Assembly (NCBI GenBank): GCA_963809895.1
Contig: CAWELD010000003.1
Span: 1,440,001-1,504,000, forward strand
Source of the DNA: an uncultured Gemmatimonadales bacterium
GTDB taxonomy: Bacteria > Gemmatimonadota > Gemmatimonadetes > Longimicrobiales > Gaopeijiaceae
Direction: 5' to 3'
Length of the DNA stretch: 64,000 nt
The notes beneath the pieces were generated by a model, which had not been told where the DNA came from, searched no databases, and saw only the letters and a program-made list of their open reading frames with translations. Positions 9,446 through 19,030 of this stretch are shown in pieces. The first letter of the stretch is position 1. The number at the start of each line of letters is the position of its first letter. Made by a program: the position numbers and the translations under genes.

Positions 9446-11830
9446 ATGGCGACGAAGGGTGGACGCATTGCACGGCGGCTCCTGCGGGAGCACGCGTTCT
9501 CGCTTCCGGCGGGGGGAGTGCTGGCGCTGGCGGCGGGCGCGGCGGCGGCGTTGGCGACGGTGGTGTGGGGTGTGCTGCTCCGCCCCCTGCCCTATCCCGA
9601 CGCCGGACGGCTCGTGACGCTGTGCGAGAGGCACGAGACGCTGGAAGGCTACTGCAACGTGTCGCCCACGAATCTGGGCGACCTGGTGGCGGGTCCCGAG
9701 CTGGAATCCGCCGGCATCGCCAGGGACTGGGGATTCCAGGTCTCGCTGGACGGCCAGCGGCTGCGCGTGGCGACCGGCCTCGCCTCGGGAGGCGTCTTCC
9801 GGGCGCTCCGTCTGACGCCCGCCCTGGGCCGGCTCCCCACACCGGCCGAGATCGGCGAAGAGGACGGGCGGGTGGTGGTGATCTCCAACGCCCTCTGGCG
9901 CGACGCCTTCCAGGGGGATCCCGACGCGCTGGGGCGCACCGTGGTCCTCGACGGCGTTCCCCACACCCTCGTGGCCGTGCTTCCCGCCGGCGCCGGCATT
10001 CCGGAGTGGGACAACATCCAGCTCTGGCGACCGCCGCTGGTGCGCCTCGACGACGAGGAGGTGCGTGGCTGGAGAGGCTTCGGCGACTACGCGCGACTGG
10101 CCGACGGAGTCTCGCTGGCAGAGGCGCGGGCCGGGCTCCAGCGACGGTACGCCGCCATGCGGGATGCCCACGCCGAGATCACGCCCGAGTGGCGGCTGTC
10201 GGTGGTCCCACTGCTGGACCAGGTGGTGGGAGACGTGCGCCCGACACTCCTGGTGCTCACCGCGGCCGTCATGCTCCTGGTGTTGATCGCCGGGGCCAAC
10301 ATCGTGGGTCTGCAGCTGGTCCGTGACGTCCGTCGGGGACGTGAGCGCGCCGTGCGGGCCGCCCTGGGCGCGTCGCGCGCTTCCAGCGCCGGCGAGGAGC
10401 TGGGAACGGCGTTCGTGCTGGGCCTCACCGCCGGCGTCCTGGGTATGCTCCTGGCCGCGGGCTTGCTGGGGGGCCTCCGACGCGTAGCGCCGCCCGGCCT
10501 GCCCCGCCTGGACGAGGTGGCCTTCGCGCCCGTCACGGCGCTGGTGGCGCTGGGCGTGGGCATCCTGCTGCCCGTGCTGGGCACCCTGTTCGTGGCCGTC
10601 CGATCCGTGGGCGATCAGTCGCTGGGGACGCGGCTGAGACAGGGACAGGGCGGCGGGGAGGCCCCGTCCCGTGCGCGCCTCAGGACGGCGCTGGTGGCCG
10701 CGGAGCTGGCGCTGTCTCTCGTTCTGCTGGCGGCGGCGGTGGCGCTCACGCGAAGCTTCGCGCGCTACCGGGCGTGGGATCCGGGCTTCGACCCCCGCGG
10801 CGTGGTCACCGCCTTCGCCGGCGTGTCCACCGCCGATGCCCCCACGCGGGCCGAGGTGCTGCCGGTGTGGCGGGCGGGCGAGGAGGCGCTGGCCGCCCTG
10901 CCCGGCGTGGAGTCGGTGGCCACGGTGTCGGCGGGCCCCCTCTTCGGAGGCCGCGAAACGTCGGAAGTGCGACGCGCCGGCGCCGACGGGCCCGGCACGG
11001 CCGCCCGCTGGTACGACGCCAGCCCCGGCTACTTCGAGACCCTGTCGATTCCCCTCCTGCGCGGTCGGGATCTGTCGGAGTCCGACGTGGCCGGTGGACC
11101 GCTGGCGGTGGTCGTGAACGAGGCGCTGGCCCGCCGCTTGTGGCCCGCGGGCGAGGCCCTGGGACAGCGCCTCACCACCGACGAGAGCGAGGATGCGTTC
11201 ACCGTGGTGGGGGTGGTGGCCGATCGCGCGCCGCTCACCCCGGGCTCACCCCCCGAACCCGAGCTGTGGTGGTCGAATCGCCAGCTCACCCGCTGGGGCA
11301 CGAGCTTCGTGGTGCGCCTGGATCCCGACGCCCCGGCGACCCTTCGCGACGTGCAGGCCGCCCTGGACGGGGCCCATCCGGCGCTGGACGGCGGCGCGTT
11401 CACGCCGCTGGCCGCCCGCCTGGACCGGGCCCTGGTGCGGCCGCGCTTCCACATGCTGCTCCTGGGGGGATTCGCGGTGTTGGCGGCCCTGCTGTCCGCC
11501 GCCGGCCTCTACGGACTGGTCGCGTTCGCGGTGACCCAGCGCCTGCGCGAGATGGGTCTGCGCCTGGCCCTGGGCGCCACCCGGCCCGAAGTGGTGGGGG
11601 AGGTGCTGCGCTGGGCGGCGCGCCCCGTGCTGGTAGGCGTGGTGGTCGGGGTACCGTTGGCGCTGGTGGCGGGAGCGCTCCTGGAGCGCACGCTTCCAGG
11701 CGTGGGCGGGGGACCGAGCCTGGCCTTGGCCGGCGCCACCATCGTGCTGGCCGTGGTGGCGCTGCTGGCGGCCCTGCAGCCCGCCGTACGCGCCGGCAAG
11801 GCAGACCCGCTGGTGCTGCTGAGGGAGTGA
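9446..11830 (+). CDS. ADOP-type duplicated ABC permease (MacB/FtsX domains)
   Basis: LLRPLPYPDAGRLV, two MacB-periplasmic + FtsX repeats, RERAVRAALGAS, RLREMGLRLALGA, DPLVLLRE. RBS GGAGG precedes ATG 9446. Confidence 0.85.
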   Translation: MATKGGRIARRLLREHAFSLPAGGVLALAAGAAAALATVVWGVLLRPLPYPDAGRLVTLCERHETLEGYCNVSPTNLGDLVAGPELESAGIARDWGFQVSLDGQRLRVATGLASGGVFRALRLTPALGRLPTPAEIGEEDGRVVVISNALWRDAFQGDPDALGRTVVLDGVPHTLVAVLPAGAGIPEWDNIQLWRPPLVRLDDEEVRGWRGFGDYARLADGVSLAEARAGLQRRYAAMRDAHAEITPEWRLSVVPLLDQVVGDVRPTLLVLTAAVMLLVLIAGANIVGLQLVRDVRRGRERAVRAALGASRASSAGEELGTAFVLGLTAGVLGMLLAAGLLGGLRRVAPPGLPRLDEVAFAPVTALVALGVGILLPVLGTLFVAVRSVGDQSLGTRLRQGQGGGEAPSRARLRTALVAAELALSLVLLAAAVALTRSFARYRAWDPGFDPRGVVTAFAGVSTADAPTRAEVLPVWRAGEEALAALPGVESVATVSAGPLFGGRETSEVRRAGADGPGTAARWYDASPGYFETLSIPLLRGRDLSESDVAGGPLAVVVNEALARRLWPAGEALGQRLTTDESEDAFTVVGVVADRAPLTPGSPPEPELWWSNRQLTRWGTSFVVRLDPDAPATLRDVQAALDGAHPALDGGAFTPLAARLDRALVRPRFHMLLLGGFAVLAALLSAAGLYGLVAFAVTQRLREMGLRLALGATRPEVVGEVLRWAARPVLVGVVVGVPLALVAGALLERTLPGVGGGPSLALAGATIVLAVVALLAALQPAVRAGKADPLVLLRE

Positions 11831-11840
11831 CGGCGGGGCG

Positions 11841-12929
11841 TCAGCGCTCGGCAGACGCTTCCGCGGCCACCAGGGCGTCGACGATGGCGGCGGCCACCGA
11901 ATAGGGCGTGGCCTCGCCGTCGGCGATGCGGTCCAGGCCGTCGGCGAGCCGCGCCAGGCTCTCTTCGCGTGCCCACGCCCGGCGGGTCAGCTCGCGCTCC
12001 ACCACGTCTCGCACCCTGGTCTCGGCTCGTGCCCGGCGGCGAACCTCGAGCTCGCCGCTCTCCACCAGGTGCGTGCGGTGGTGTTCCACGGCGTCCAGCA
12101 GCTCCTCGACCCCCTCGCCGGTCTGGGCCACCGTCTTGAGCACGGGGATCTGCCATCCTTCGGGCTTCTCCCAGCGGCGCGGCTTCTTGCTGTCCTCGCC
12201 GGGCGCCTCGCGCACCGCACGGGCCATGTCCACGCCGTGGTGCGCGGGGATCTCGCGCAGGGCCTCGCCCGCCCGCAGGTGGATGGCCATGCGCACCTCC
12301 TTCAGCAGACGATCGGCGCCGGGACGGTCCGCCTTGTTCACCACGAAGATGTCGGCGATCTCCATGAGCCCGGCCTTCATGGCCTGGATGGCGTCACCCG
12401 ACTCGGGCACCAGGACCACCACCACCGTATCGGCGGCGCCGGTGATCTCCAGCTCGGTCTGGCCCACCCCCACCGTCTCCACCAGCACGTGGGGAAAGCC
12501 GAAGCCGTCCATGAGGTCGATGACCTCGCGCGTGGTGGTGGCGAGTCCGCCCAGAGACCCTCGCGTCGCCATGGAGCGGATGAAGATGCCCGGGTCGGTG
12601 GCGAGCTCGTTCATGCGAATCCGGTCGCCCAGGAGCGCGCCGCCCGAGTACGGCGACGTCGGGTCCACGGCCACCACGCCCACCTGGTCGTCCCGGGCCC
12701 GGTAGGCGCCCGCCATGGCCGCCACCAGCGACGACTTGCCGGCGCCCGGGGGCCCGGTGAGCCCCACGCGCCGCGCCCGCAGCCCGTGGCGGCCCAGCAC
12801 CCGGTGCAGCAACGCCTGAAAGCCCGGCCTCCCGTTCTCCACCACCGAGATGGCCCGGGCCAGAGCCACGCGTTGTCCGGCGTCGTATCGCTCCAGCAGG
12901 TCCTGAAGGGCGGGCGTCAACGAATCCAC
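11841..12929 (-). CDS. meaB: MeaB/ArgK-family G-protein chaperone of B12 mutases
   Basis: GLTGPPGAGKSS, AVDPTSPYSGGALLGDRIRM, RSMATRGSLGG, ETVGVGQ, NKAD. Start GTG 12929 (uncertain). Confidence 0.92.
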   Translation of the reverse strand: MDSLTPALQDLLERYDAGQRVALARAISVVENGRPGFQALLHRVLGRHGLRARRVGLTGPPGAGKSSLVAAMAGAYRARDDQVGVVAVDPTSPYSGGALLGDRIRMNELATDPGIFIRSMATRGSLGGLATTTREVIDLMDGFGFPHVLVETVGVGQTELEITGAADTVVVVLVPESGDAIQAMKAGLMEIADIFVVNKADRPGADRLLKEVRMAIHLRAGEALREIPAHHGVDMARAVREAPGEDSKKPRRWEKPEGWQIPVLKTVAQTGEGVEELLDAVEHHRTHLVESGELEVRRRARAETRVRDVVERELTRRAWAREESLARLADGLDRIADGEATPYSVAAAIVDALVAAEASAER

Positions 12930-12999
12930 GTCATTCCTCGGATGCGGTCCGGCGTGCGGCGGGGCGCGGCGAACGGGTGAAAAGCGGATGGGCGCACGG

Positions 13000-14661
13000 T
13001 CAGCGGTAGGGGTCGCCGGGGCGGATACCCCGGGCATGACGCAGCGGGTTCTCCAGCAGGTGCGTCGGCAGGAAGAAGACCAGCACGAAGAGCATGAGCG
13101 AGGCGGCGAATCCCACCGCCAGCAGCCACCAGCTGCGGATCGAGATGAAGAGGATCGAGGTGATGACGGCGGTGGCGGTGGCGAAGATCGACAGCAGAAC
13201 CCGGCGGGCCTGCAGGTGCAGGAAGCGCTCCTGACTCTGGATGTCCCGGGGGTGCACCCGCACCCGGAGCTCCTCGCGCTCGGCGCGCCCGATGAGATCC
13301 CGCAGCGAGCGCAGCGCGGTCTGGGCCTCGTCCACCACGTTGCGCGCCAGCGCCGCGGGCTCCTTGCCCGTGGTGCGCAGGATGTCGGCCTTGTAGCTCC
13401 GGATGACGCCGCGGATGAAGTGGAGCCCGTTGAACTCGGGGTCGTAGCGGAAGCCGATCCCCTCCAGCAGCGCCGCCGCGCGGAAGAAGTAGACGAGCTC
13501 GTGGGGGAGGATCAGGGGCCAGGTGTAGAAGGTGTCGAAGATCTCCTGGACCAGCTCCTGCACGCGCTCACGGCTCGTGGTCTGGGCTCGATCCACGATG
13601 CGCATGATCTCCAGCGCGGCTTCGCGGATCTCGCCTCGCGACACCTCCGGCGAGATCATGCCGAGCTGGTACATCCCGTTGATGATCCCGTCCAGATCCT
13701 CGCGGCCCACCGCCAGCGCGACGTTCAGGATCGTCTCGCGGGTCCAACGCGGTACCTCCACCACCATCCCCCAGTCCAGCAGGACCACGGTACCGTCGTC
13801 CTGGACCAGGAGGTTGCCCGGGTGGGGGTCGGCGTGCAGGAACCCGTCCACCATCATCATGCGCAGATAGAGTCCGGTGAGGGTCTCCATGGTCGAGGTG
13901 AACGACAGCCGACCACTCTCGAACAAGGCGTGCAGGCGGTCGATCTTGGTGCCTTCCAGGTACTCCATGACCAGGACGCGCCGCTGCGTGAAGCGCTCGA
14001 TCACCGCCGGGGCGCGCACACGTCGCTCGCTGCGGAAGGTCTCCTGGAAACGCCGGACGTTGTCGGCTTCCTGCCGGAAGTCCATCTCCTGACGGACCTT
14101 GTGACTGAACTCGCGCACGACCCCGGTCAGGGCCCGCACGTGATGGTTCGGGAAAAGGATGTTCAGCCAGAAGAGCAGCCGGAAGGAGATGTCCAGATCC
14201 AGGGCCACGATCTCTTCGACACCGGGGCGCAGGACCTTGACCACCACCTCCCGGCCGTCGACCCTGGCCCGGTGCACCTGCCCCAGCGAGGCCGCCGCCA
14301 GCGGCTCGCGCTCGAAGTGGTCGAAGACCTCCGACACCGTCTGGCCCAGCTCCCGCTCCAGTACCGCGATGATGTCGTCGGGATCGTCGGCGGGCACCTG
14401 GTCCTGGAGGGTGCCGATCTGCGACAGGTAGGGCTCGGGAAGGATGTCGGCTCGCGCCGAGAACAGCTGGGCGAGCTTGATGAAGGTGGGCCCCAACGCG
14501 GCGATGCGCGCCGTGAGCTTCTCGGCCCGCTTCTGGTGGTGCTCCGCGCTGCGCGTGGCGGGCCGGCCCACCAGGATCCACCGCTTCCGGTCCCTGAGAA
14601 ACGCCACCACGAAAGGCGACAGGCGGGTCAGGACCGAGACGGAGCGTGAGAGACGGCGCAC
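13000..14661 (-). CDS. AarF/UbiB (ABC1) family atypical kinase
   Basis: LGPTFIKLAQ, PLAAASLGQVHRA, VVKVLRP, FLHADPHPGN, LLDWGM, C-terminal transmembrane segments. Confidence 0.9.
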   Translation of the reverse strand: MRRLSRSVSVLTRLSPFVVAFLRDRKRWILVGRPATRSAEHHQKRAEKLTARIAALGPTFIKLAQLFSARADILPEPYLSQIGTLQDQVPADDPDDIIAVLERELGQTVSEVFDHFEREPLAAASLGQVHRARVDGREVVVKVLRPGVEEIVALDLDISFRLLFWLNILFPNHHVRALTGVVREFSHKVRQEMDFRQEADNVRRFQETFRSERRVRAPAVIERFTQRRVLVMEYLEGTKIDRLHALFESGRLSFTSTMETLTGLYLRMMMVDGFLHADPHPGNLLVQDDGTVVLLDWGMVVEVPRWTRETILNVALAVGREDLDGIINGMYQLGMISPEVSRGEIREAALEIMRIVDRAQTTSRERVQELVQEIFDTFYTWPLILPHELVYFFRAAALLEGIGFRYDPEFNGLHFIRGVIRSYKADILRTTGKEPAALARNVVDEAQTALRSLRDLIGRAEREELRVRVHPRDIQSQERFLHLQARRVLLSIFATATAVITSILFISIRSWWLLAVGFAASLMLFVLVFFLPTHLLENPLRHARGIRPGDPYR

Positions 14662-14676
14662 GTCGGTTCCCCGGCG

Positions 14677-16038
14677 CTACAGGAGAAGGGCCGTGGCGAG
14701 CCCCAGGAGGAAGAAGAAGCCGCACAGGTCGGTGAGCGTGGTCACGAACACCGACGACGCCACGGCTGGATCCACGCCCAGGCGATCCAGGAGCGTGGGA
14801 ATGAAAGCGCCCGCGAAGCCGGCCACCACGATGTTCCCCCACATGGCCAGGAGCACGACCAGCCCCAGGGTCGGGGCCTGGCCCAGCGCCGTGGCCACGA
14901 CGGCCACCACGACGCCGATGGCGGCGCCGTTGACCAGCCCCACCAGCATCTCCTTCATCACCGCATCGGATTTCTGCTCCAGCGGACCGTCGGAGAGGGC
15001 GATGCGCCGCACCGTCACGGCCAGGGCCTGGGTGCCCGCGTTCCCGCCCATGCCGGCGATGATGGGCATGATGGAGGCGAGGATCACCACCTGCTCGATG
15101 GTGTGCTGGAACATGTAGACCACCGAGGCCGCCACCATGGCGGTGACCAGGTTGACCATGAGCCAGGGCAGCCGCGAGCGCACGGCGCCCGTCCAGCCGG
15201 CACGGACCTCCTCTTCGTCCGACACGCCCGCCAGGCGCAGGATGTCCTCGGTACGCTCCGCCTCGATGACGTCGAGGACATCGTCGAAGGTGATGCGGCC
15301 CAGCAGCCGTCCCATGCCGTCCACCACCGGGACCGACACGAGGTTGTAGCGCGACAACAGCCGCCCCACCTCTTCCTGGTCCAGATCCGGATGCACGGTG
15401 GCGGGCACCTCTTCCACGAGCTCCGAGACCGGCGTGTCGGCGCCTGCCAGGATGAGGTCGTCCAGGGGCACCGTGCCCAGGAGCCGGTGCTCCCGGTCCA
15501 CCACGAAGATGGCGTAGAAGTCCTCCACCTCCCGTCCCTGCCGCCGAACCTCCTCCACCGCCTCCCGCGCCGACAGACGACCCTCCAGCGCCACCAGCTC
15601 GGTGGTCATGAGGCCACCGGCGGTCTCCTCGTCGTAGGAGAGCAGCTCCCTCAGGTCGCCGGCCTCCTCGCGGGGAAGCTGGTCCAGGATGCGCTGGGCC
15701 TCGGCGGGCTCGAGCTCGGCGATGAGGTCGACGGCATCGTCGTCGGCCAGCTCGTGGAGGAGCTCGGCGCCGCGCTGCGGATCGAGGGCGGCCAACAGCT
15801 CGGCGCGGTCGTCGCCTTCCTCCATCTCCGCCAGCGCCTCGGACGCGATGTCCGACGGCAGCAGGTGGATGAGCGACAGCCGCTCGGCCTCGTCCAACGC
15901 CTCGAGCAGGTCCGCCACGTCCGACGGGTGCACGTCGAACTCGGCCAGGACCTGGGCGAGCCCCTGGGCATCGCCTGCCTCCATGAGTGGACGCAGGCGT
16001 TCCTTGAGGGTCACGACCTCGGGCGTGCCGTTGCTCAT
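14677..16038 (-). CDS. mgtE: Magnesium transporter MgtE
   Basis: N domain, CBS pair (ETAGGLMTT), RSRLPWL, GGNAGTQ, DPAVASSVFVTTLTD. Confidence 0.95.
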   Translation of the reverse strand: MSNGTPEVVTLKERLRPLMEAGDAQGLAQVLAEFDVHPSDVADLLEALDEAERLSLIHLLPSDIASEALAEMEEGDDRAELLAALDPQRGAELLHELADDDAVDLIAELEPAEAQRILDQLPREEAGDLRELLSYDEETAGGLMTTELVALEGRLSAREAVEEVRRQGREVEDFYAIFVVDREHRLLGTVPLDDLILAGADTPVSELVEEVPATVHPDLDQEEVGRLLSRYNLVSVPVVDGMGRLLGRITFDDVLDVIEAERTEDILRLAGVSDEEEVRAGWTGAVRSRLPWLMVNLVTAMVAASVVYMFQHTIEQVVILASIMPIIAGMGGNAGTQALAVTVRRIALSDGPLEQKSDAVMKEMLVGLVNGAAIGVVVAVVATALGQAPTLGLVVLLAMWGNIVVAGFAGAFIPTLLDRLGVDPAVASSVFVTTLTDLCGFFFLLGLATALLL

Positions 16039-16163
16039 GGGCGTGTCCGATGGCGGTCGGGAGGAGGGATTGATCCGCCGCCGGGAGGCGACGGAACGTC
16101 ACGGAAGATCCCGCCCCGCGCCTCCGAAGGCAAGCCGCGCGGGCCCGCCCGGGACCGCCCGCT

Positions 16164-16607
16164 TCAGCCCTCTTCGGGGGCCCCGGACACCAGCTCGCGC
16201 ACCAGCTCTTCCTGCAGGCGATACATGGGCGACGCCGCTCGCTCAGCCCCCTCCTCGGGGTGATCGAGGCCCGTCACGTGCAGCGTGCCGTGCACGACCA
16301 GGCGCACCAGCTCCTCGTCCAGCGGGACTGCGAGATCGCGCGCCTGGCGCCCCGCCTGGTGGTACCCGACGTACACGTCGCCCACCACCGGCTCCGGAGG
16401 GTCCCACAGGGCGAAGGACAGCACGTCGGTGGGACGGTCGTGGCCCAGGTGGTCCCGGTTCATGGTCCGGATGGCATCGTCACCCAGGAGCGCCACCGAC
16501 AGCTCGGCGTCCTGTACGTCCCGGCGCCGCAGCGCCGCCGTGGCGGCCCGCTCGAGAAGCTCGACAGACACCGGGAATCCCCCGGCGTCCACCGCCACCT
16601 CGATCAC
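16164..16607 (-). CDS. ybeY: rRNA maturation RNase YbeY
   Basis: NRDHLG, PTDVLSF, GDVYV, HGTLHVTGLDH. Confidence 0.93.
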   Translation of the reverse strand: MIEVAVDAGGFPVSVELLERAATAALRRRDVQDAELSVALLGDDAIRTMNRDHLGHDRPTDVLSFALWDPPEPVVGDVYVGYHQAGRQARDLAVPLDEELVRLVVHGTLHVTGLDHPEEGAERAASPMYRLQEELVRELVSGAPEEG

Positions 16608-19030
16608 GCCTCGGGCCCTCTCCCGGAGCCGCCCTCGGTCCTGCTGCCCCCCGACGGGGCGGGACTGCCCGACTCCGCGCCTGCTCCCTCCGGTCCGGGC
16701 TCCCGTGCGGCTTCAGCGCCGGCGGTTTGATCCCCGGCGTCCTCGGGGCCCTTGCCGCCATCGCCACCGGCTCCGCCGCCGCTGCTCTCGTGCGCGGATT
16801 CGGTGAGGTGGCGCGTCTGCGGGTAGTCGATGCGGTGGTGGTAGACGCCCCCCAGAACCTTGGCGAACTGGTCCTTGATCTGGGCAATCTCGCGGAGCGT
16901 CAGAGGCGCGTCGTCGAGCTGGTGGTCGGCGATCTTGGCATCGACGATGGAGTCGATGAGGCCCCGGATCCGCTCCGGGGTGGGATCCTTCAGGGCCCGG
17001 GTCGCCGATTCCACCGAGTCGGCCAGCATGGCGATGGCCGTTTCACGGGAGCGAGGCCTGGGCCCGGGATAGGTGAAGTCCTCGGGATCCACGTTGTCGG
17101 CGCCGTACTCCTCCTTGGCCTTCTCGAGGAAGAAGCCGATGCGCTGGGTGCCGTGGTGCTCGGTGATGAAGTTCGCCACCACGTCGGGGACCTTGGCCTC
17201 CTTGGCGAGGCGCCGTCCCTCCACGACGTGCTCCTTGACGATGGCCGCCGACGTGTCCGGCTTGAGCCGGTCGTGGGGATTTCGCCCGTCGGGCTGATTC
17301 TCCACGAAATAGTGGGGCTTGAGCATCTTGCCCACGTCGTGGTAGTAGAGCCCGACCCTGCACAGGAGCCCGTTGGCGCCGATGGCGGTGGCGGCGGACT
17401 CGGCCAGGTTGGCCACGTTGATGGTGTGGGCGTACGTGCCGGGAGCCTCCATGGAGAGACGCTTCAGCAGGTCGCGGTTGGGATCGGCCCACTCCAGCAG
17501 GGTCTGGTCCGTGGTCACGCCGGTGAACCACTCGAAGACGGGCAGGAAGCCCATGGCCACGATGGCCGACAGCACCGCGTTCCCCGCCGCCGCTCCCAGC
17601 GCCGTGAACGCCACGCTCGGCTCCCGACCCTGGAGGAGTGCCAGGGCGAGGATCACCGCCGCATAGGCCGCGGTGATGATGGCGATGAAGATCCAGGTCT
17701 GGGCCCGTCGGCGCACGGCCCGCACGCTCATGGCGGCCGCCGAGCCGCCCAGGAGGGTGGTGACGATGACCGAGCCGCCCTGAAGCCCGGGCTGAACGCC
17801 GGAGAGCACCGCCAGGACCATGGCCAGGACCAGCGCCATGCGCCCGTCCCACAACACGGCTACGCCCAGCGCCACGAAGGCCACGGGCAGAGCCTCCACC
17901 GGCCAGTCGCTCCGCGCCACCACCGCCGCGGCCCCGATGTAGACCGCCACCAGCATGGAGATGAGAAGGACCCAGCGGAGGTTGGTGTAGATCTCCCGGC
18001 GGAAGAAGAGCAGCAGGAGCCCGAAGACCGAGAGCAGCAGGACGTTGAGGAGTCCCGCCCCCAGTAGCGGAGCCACGTGGGCGCCGCCCCGCTCCTGCGC
18101 CACGAGCCCCTGCGTCTGGAGCGCCTCTTCGTAGGCCCGCAGCTTGGCCAGCACGGGCTCGGTGATCTGCTCGTTGGCCCGCACGATGGCCTCGCCCTGG
18201 AGCACCTCCTGCTTGACCGTGGGCACCGCCCCGGCGGCCTGGTTCCGGTCCAGCTCGGTCTCCGGCGCGTTGAGCCGGTAGGTGAACTCCACGTGCTGGA
18301 TGAGGATCAGGCGCAACAGATCCTGGAGATCGGGCGGCGACCCCGCCGGCAGCAGGTCGACGGCGCGGGCGTAGAACTCGCGAGCCGGCAGGACCCGGCT
18401 GAGCGGCACGGACCGCTCGGTCTCGGCGCCCTGATCCGTCGAGCGCACGGTGATGCGGTCGGTGGTGACGTCCTCCACCTCACCGGTCTCCGCCACTCCT
18501 TCCGGCAGGATGCGCCGCGCGGCTTCCAGCGCCGAGCGTCGCAGCAACTGGAGGGTCGAGGGATTGAGGAGGAGCTGGAGCTGGGCCGGAGTCGCGGTGA
18601 TGGAGCCCGACCGCAGAACCCGGGCCACCGCCTGCGCCGAATCGGACTCGCCGGCCGCTGCCTGCAGCCGGTCGAAGAAGCGCCCGAGCCGGGCCTGCGT
18701 GGAGTCGGCGGCCTCGGGATGCTCGTCGAAGGTCGGCGGGACCGCCGCCGCCGCGTCGCCCCGGGCCCGCGCCAGCTCTTCCTGGCTCGCGGGCACGGTG
18801 AACCCCACCCGGGCGATGACGTCCTCGCTGGCGACCATGCCCACGGCGTAGCGGGCCATGGACAGCCGGGTGGCCGGCGGGAACAGCGCCGTCACCATCA
18901 CGGCCAGGGCAACCAGCAGCAGGACTCGCGTGCCGTGGTGGACCACGCCCTCGGGCCATACGTGGCGTGGGCGCCTGGACAGCCAGGCCCGTGGCCCCCC
19001 CTGGTCGTTGCGGCGGTCGGGGCGGCTCAC
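16604..19030 (-). CDS. 7TM-HDIG phosphohydrolase, PgpH-like c-di-AMP phosphodiesterase
   Basis: Extracellular domain, multiple transmembrane segments, EAPGTYAH, YYHDVGK, FVENQ, EHHGT, YPGPRP, MLADSVES. phoH-pgpH-ybeY synteny. Confidence 0.88.
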   Translation of the reverse strand: MSRPDRRNDQGGPRAWLSRRPRHVWPEGVVHHGTRVLLLVALAVMVTALFPPATRLSMARYAVGMVASEDVIARVGFTVPASQEELARARGDAAAAVPPTFDEHPEAADSTQARLGRFFDRLQAAAGESDSAQAVARVLRSGSITATPAQLQLLLNPSTLQLLRRSALEAARRILPEGVAETGEVEDVTTDRITVRSTDQGAETERSVPLSRVLPAREFYARAVDLLPAGSPPDLQDLLRLILIQHVEFTYRLNAPETELDRNQAAGAVPTVKQEVLQGEAIVRANEQITEPVLAKLRAYEEALQTQGLVAQERGGAHVAPLLGAGLLNVLLLSVFGLLLLFFRREIYTNLRWVLLISMLVAVYIGAAAVVARSDWPVEALPVAFVALGVAVLWDGRMALVLAMVLAVLSGVQPGLQGGSVIVTTLLGGSAAAMSVRAVRRRAQTWIFIAIITAAYAAVILALALLQGREPSVAFTALGAAAGNAVLSAIVAMGFLPVFEWFTGVTTDQTLLEWADPNRDLLKRLSMEAPGTYAHTINVANLAESAATAIGANGLLCRVGLYYHDVGKMLKPHYFVENQPDGRNPHDRLKPDTSAAIVKEHVVEGRRLAKEAKVPDVVANFITEHHGTQRIGFFLEKAKEEYGADNVDPEDFTYPGPRPRSRETAIAMLADSVESATRALKDPTPERIRGLIDSIVDAKIADHQLDDAPLTLREIAQIKDQFAKVLGGVYHHRIDYPQTRHLTESAHESSGGGAGGDGGKGPEDAGDQTAGAEAAREPGPEGAGAESGSPAPSGGSRTEGGSGRGPEA

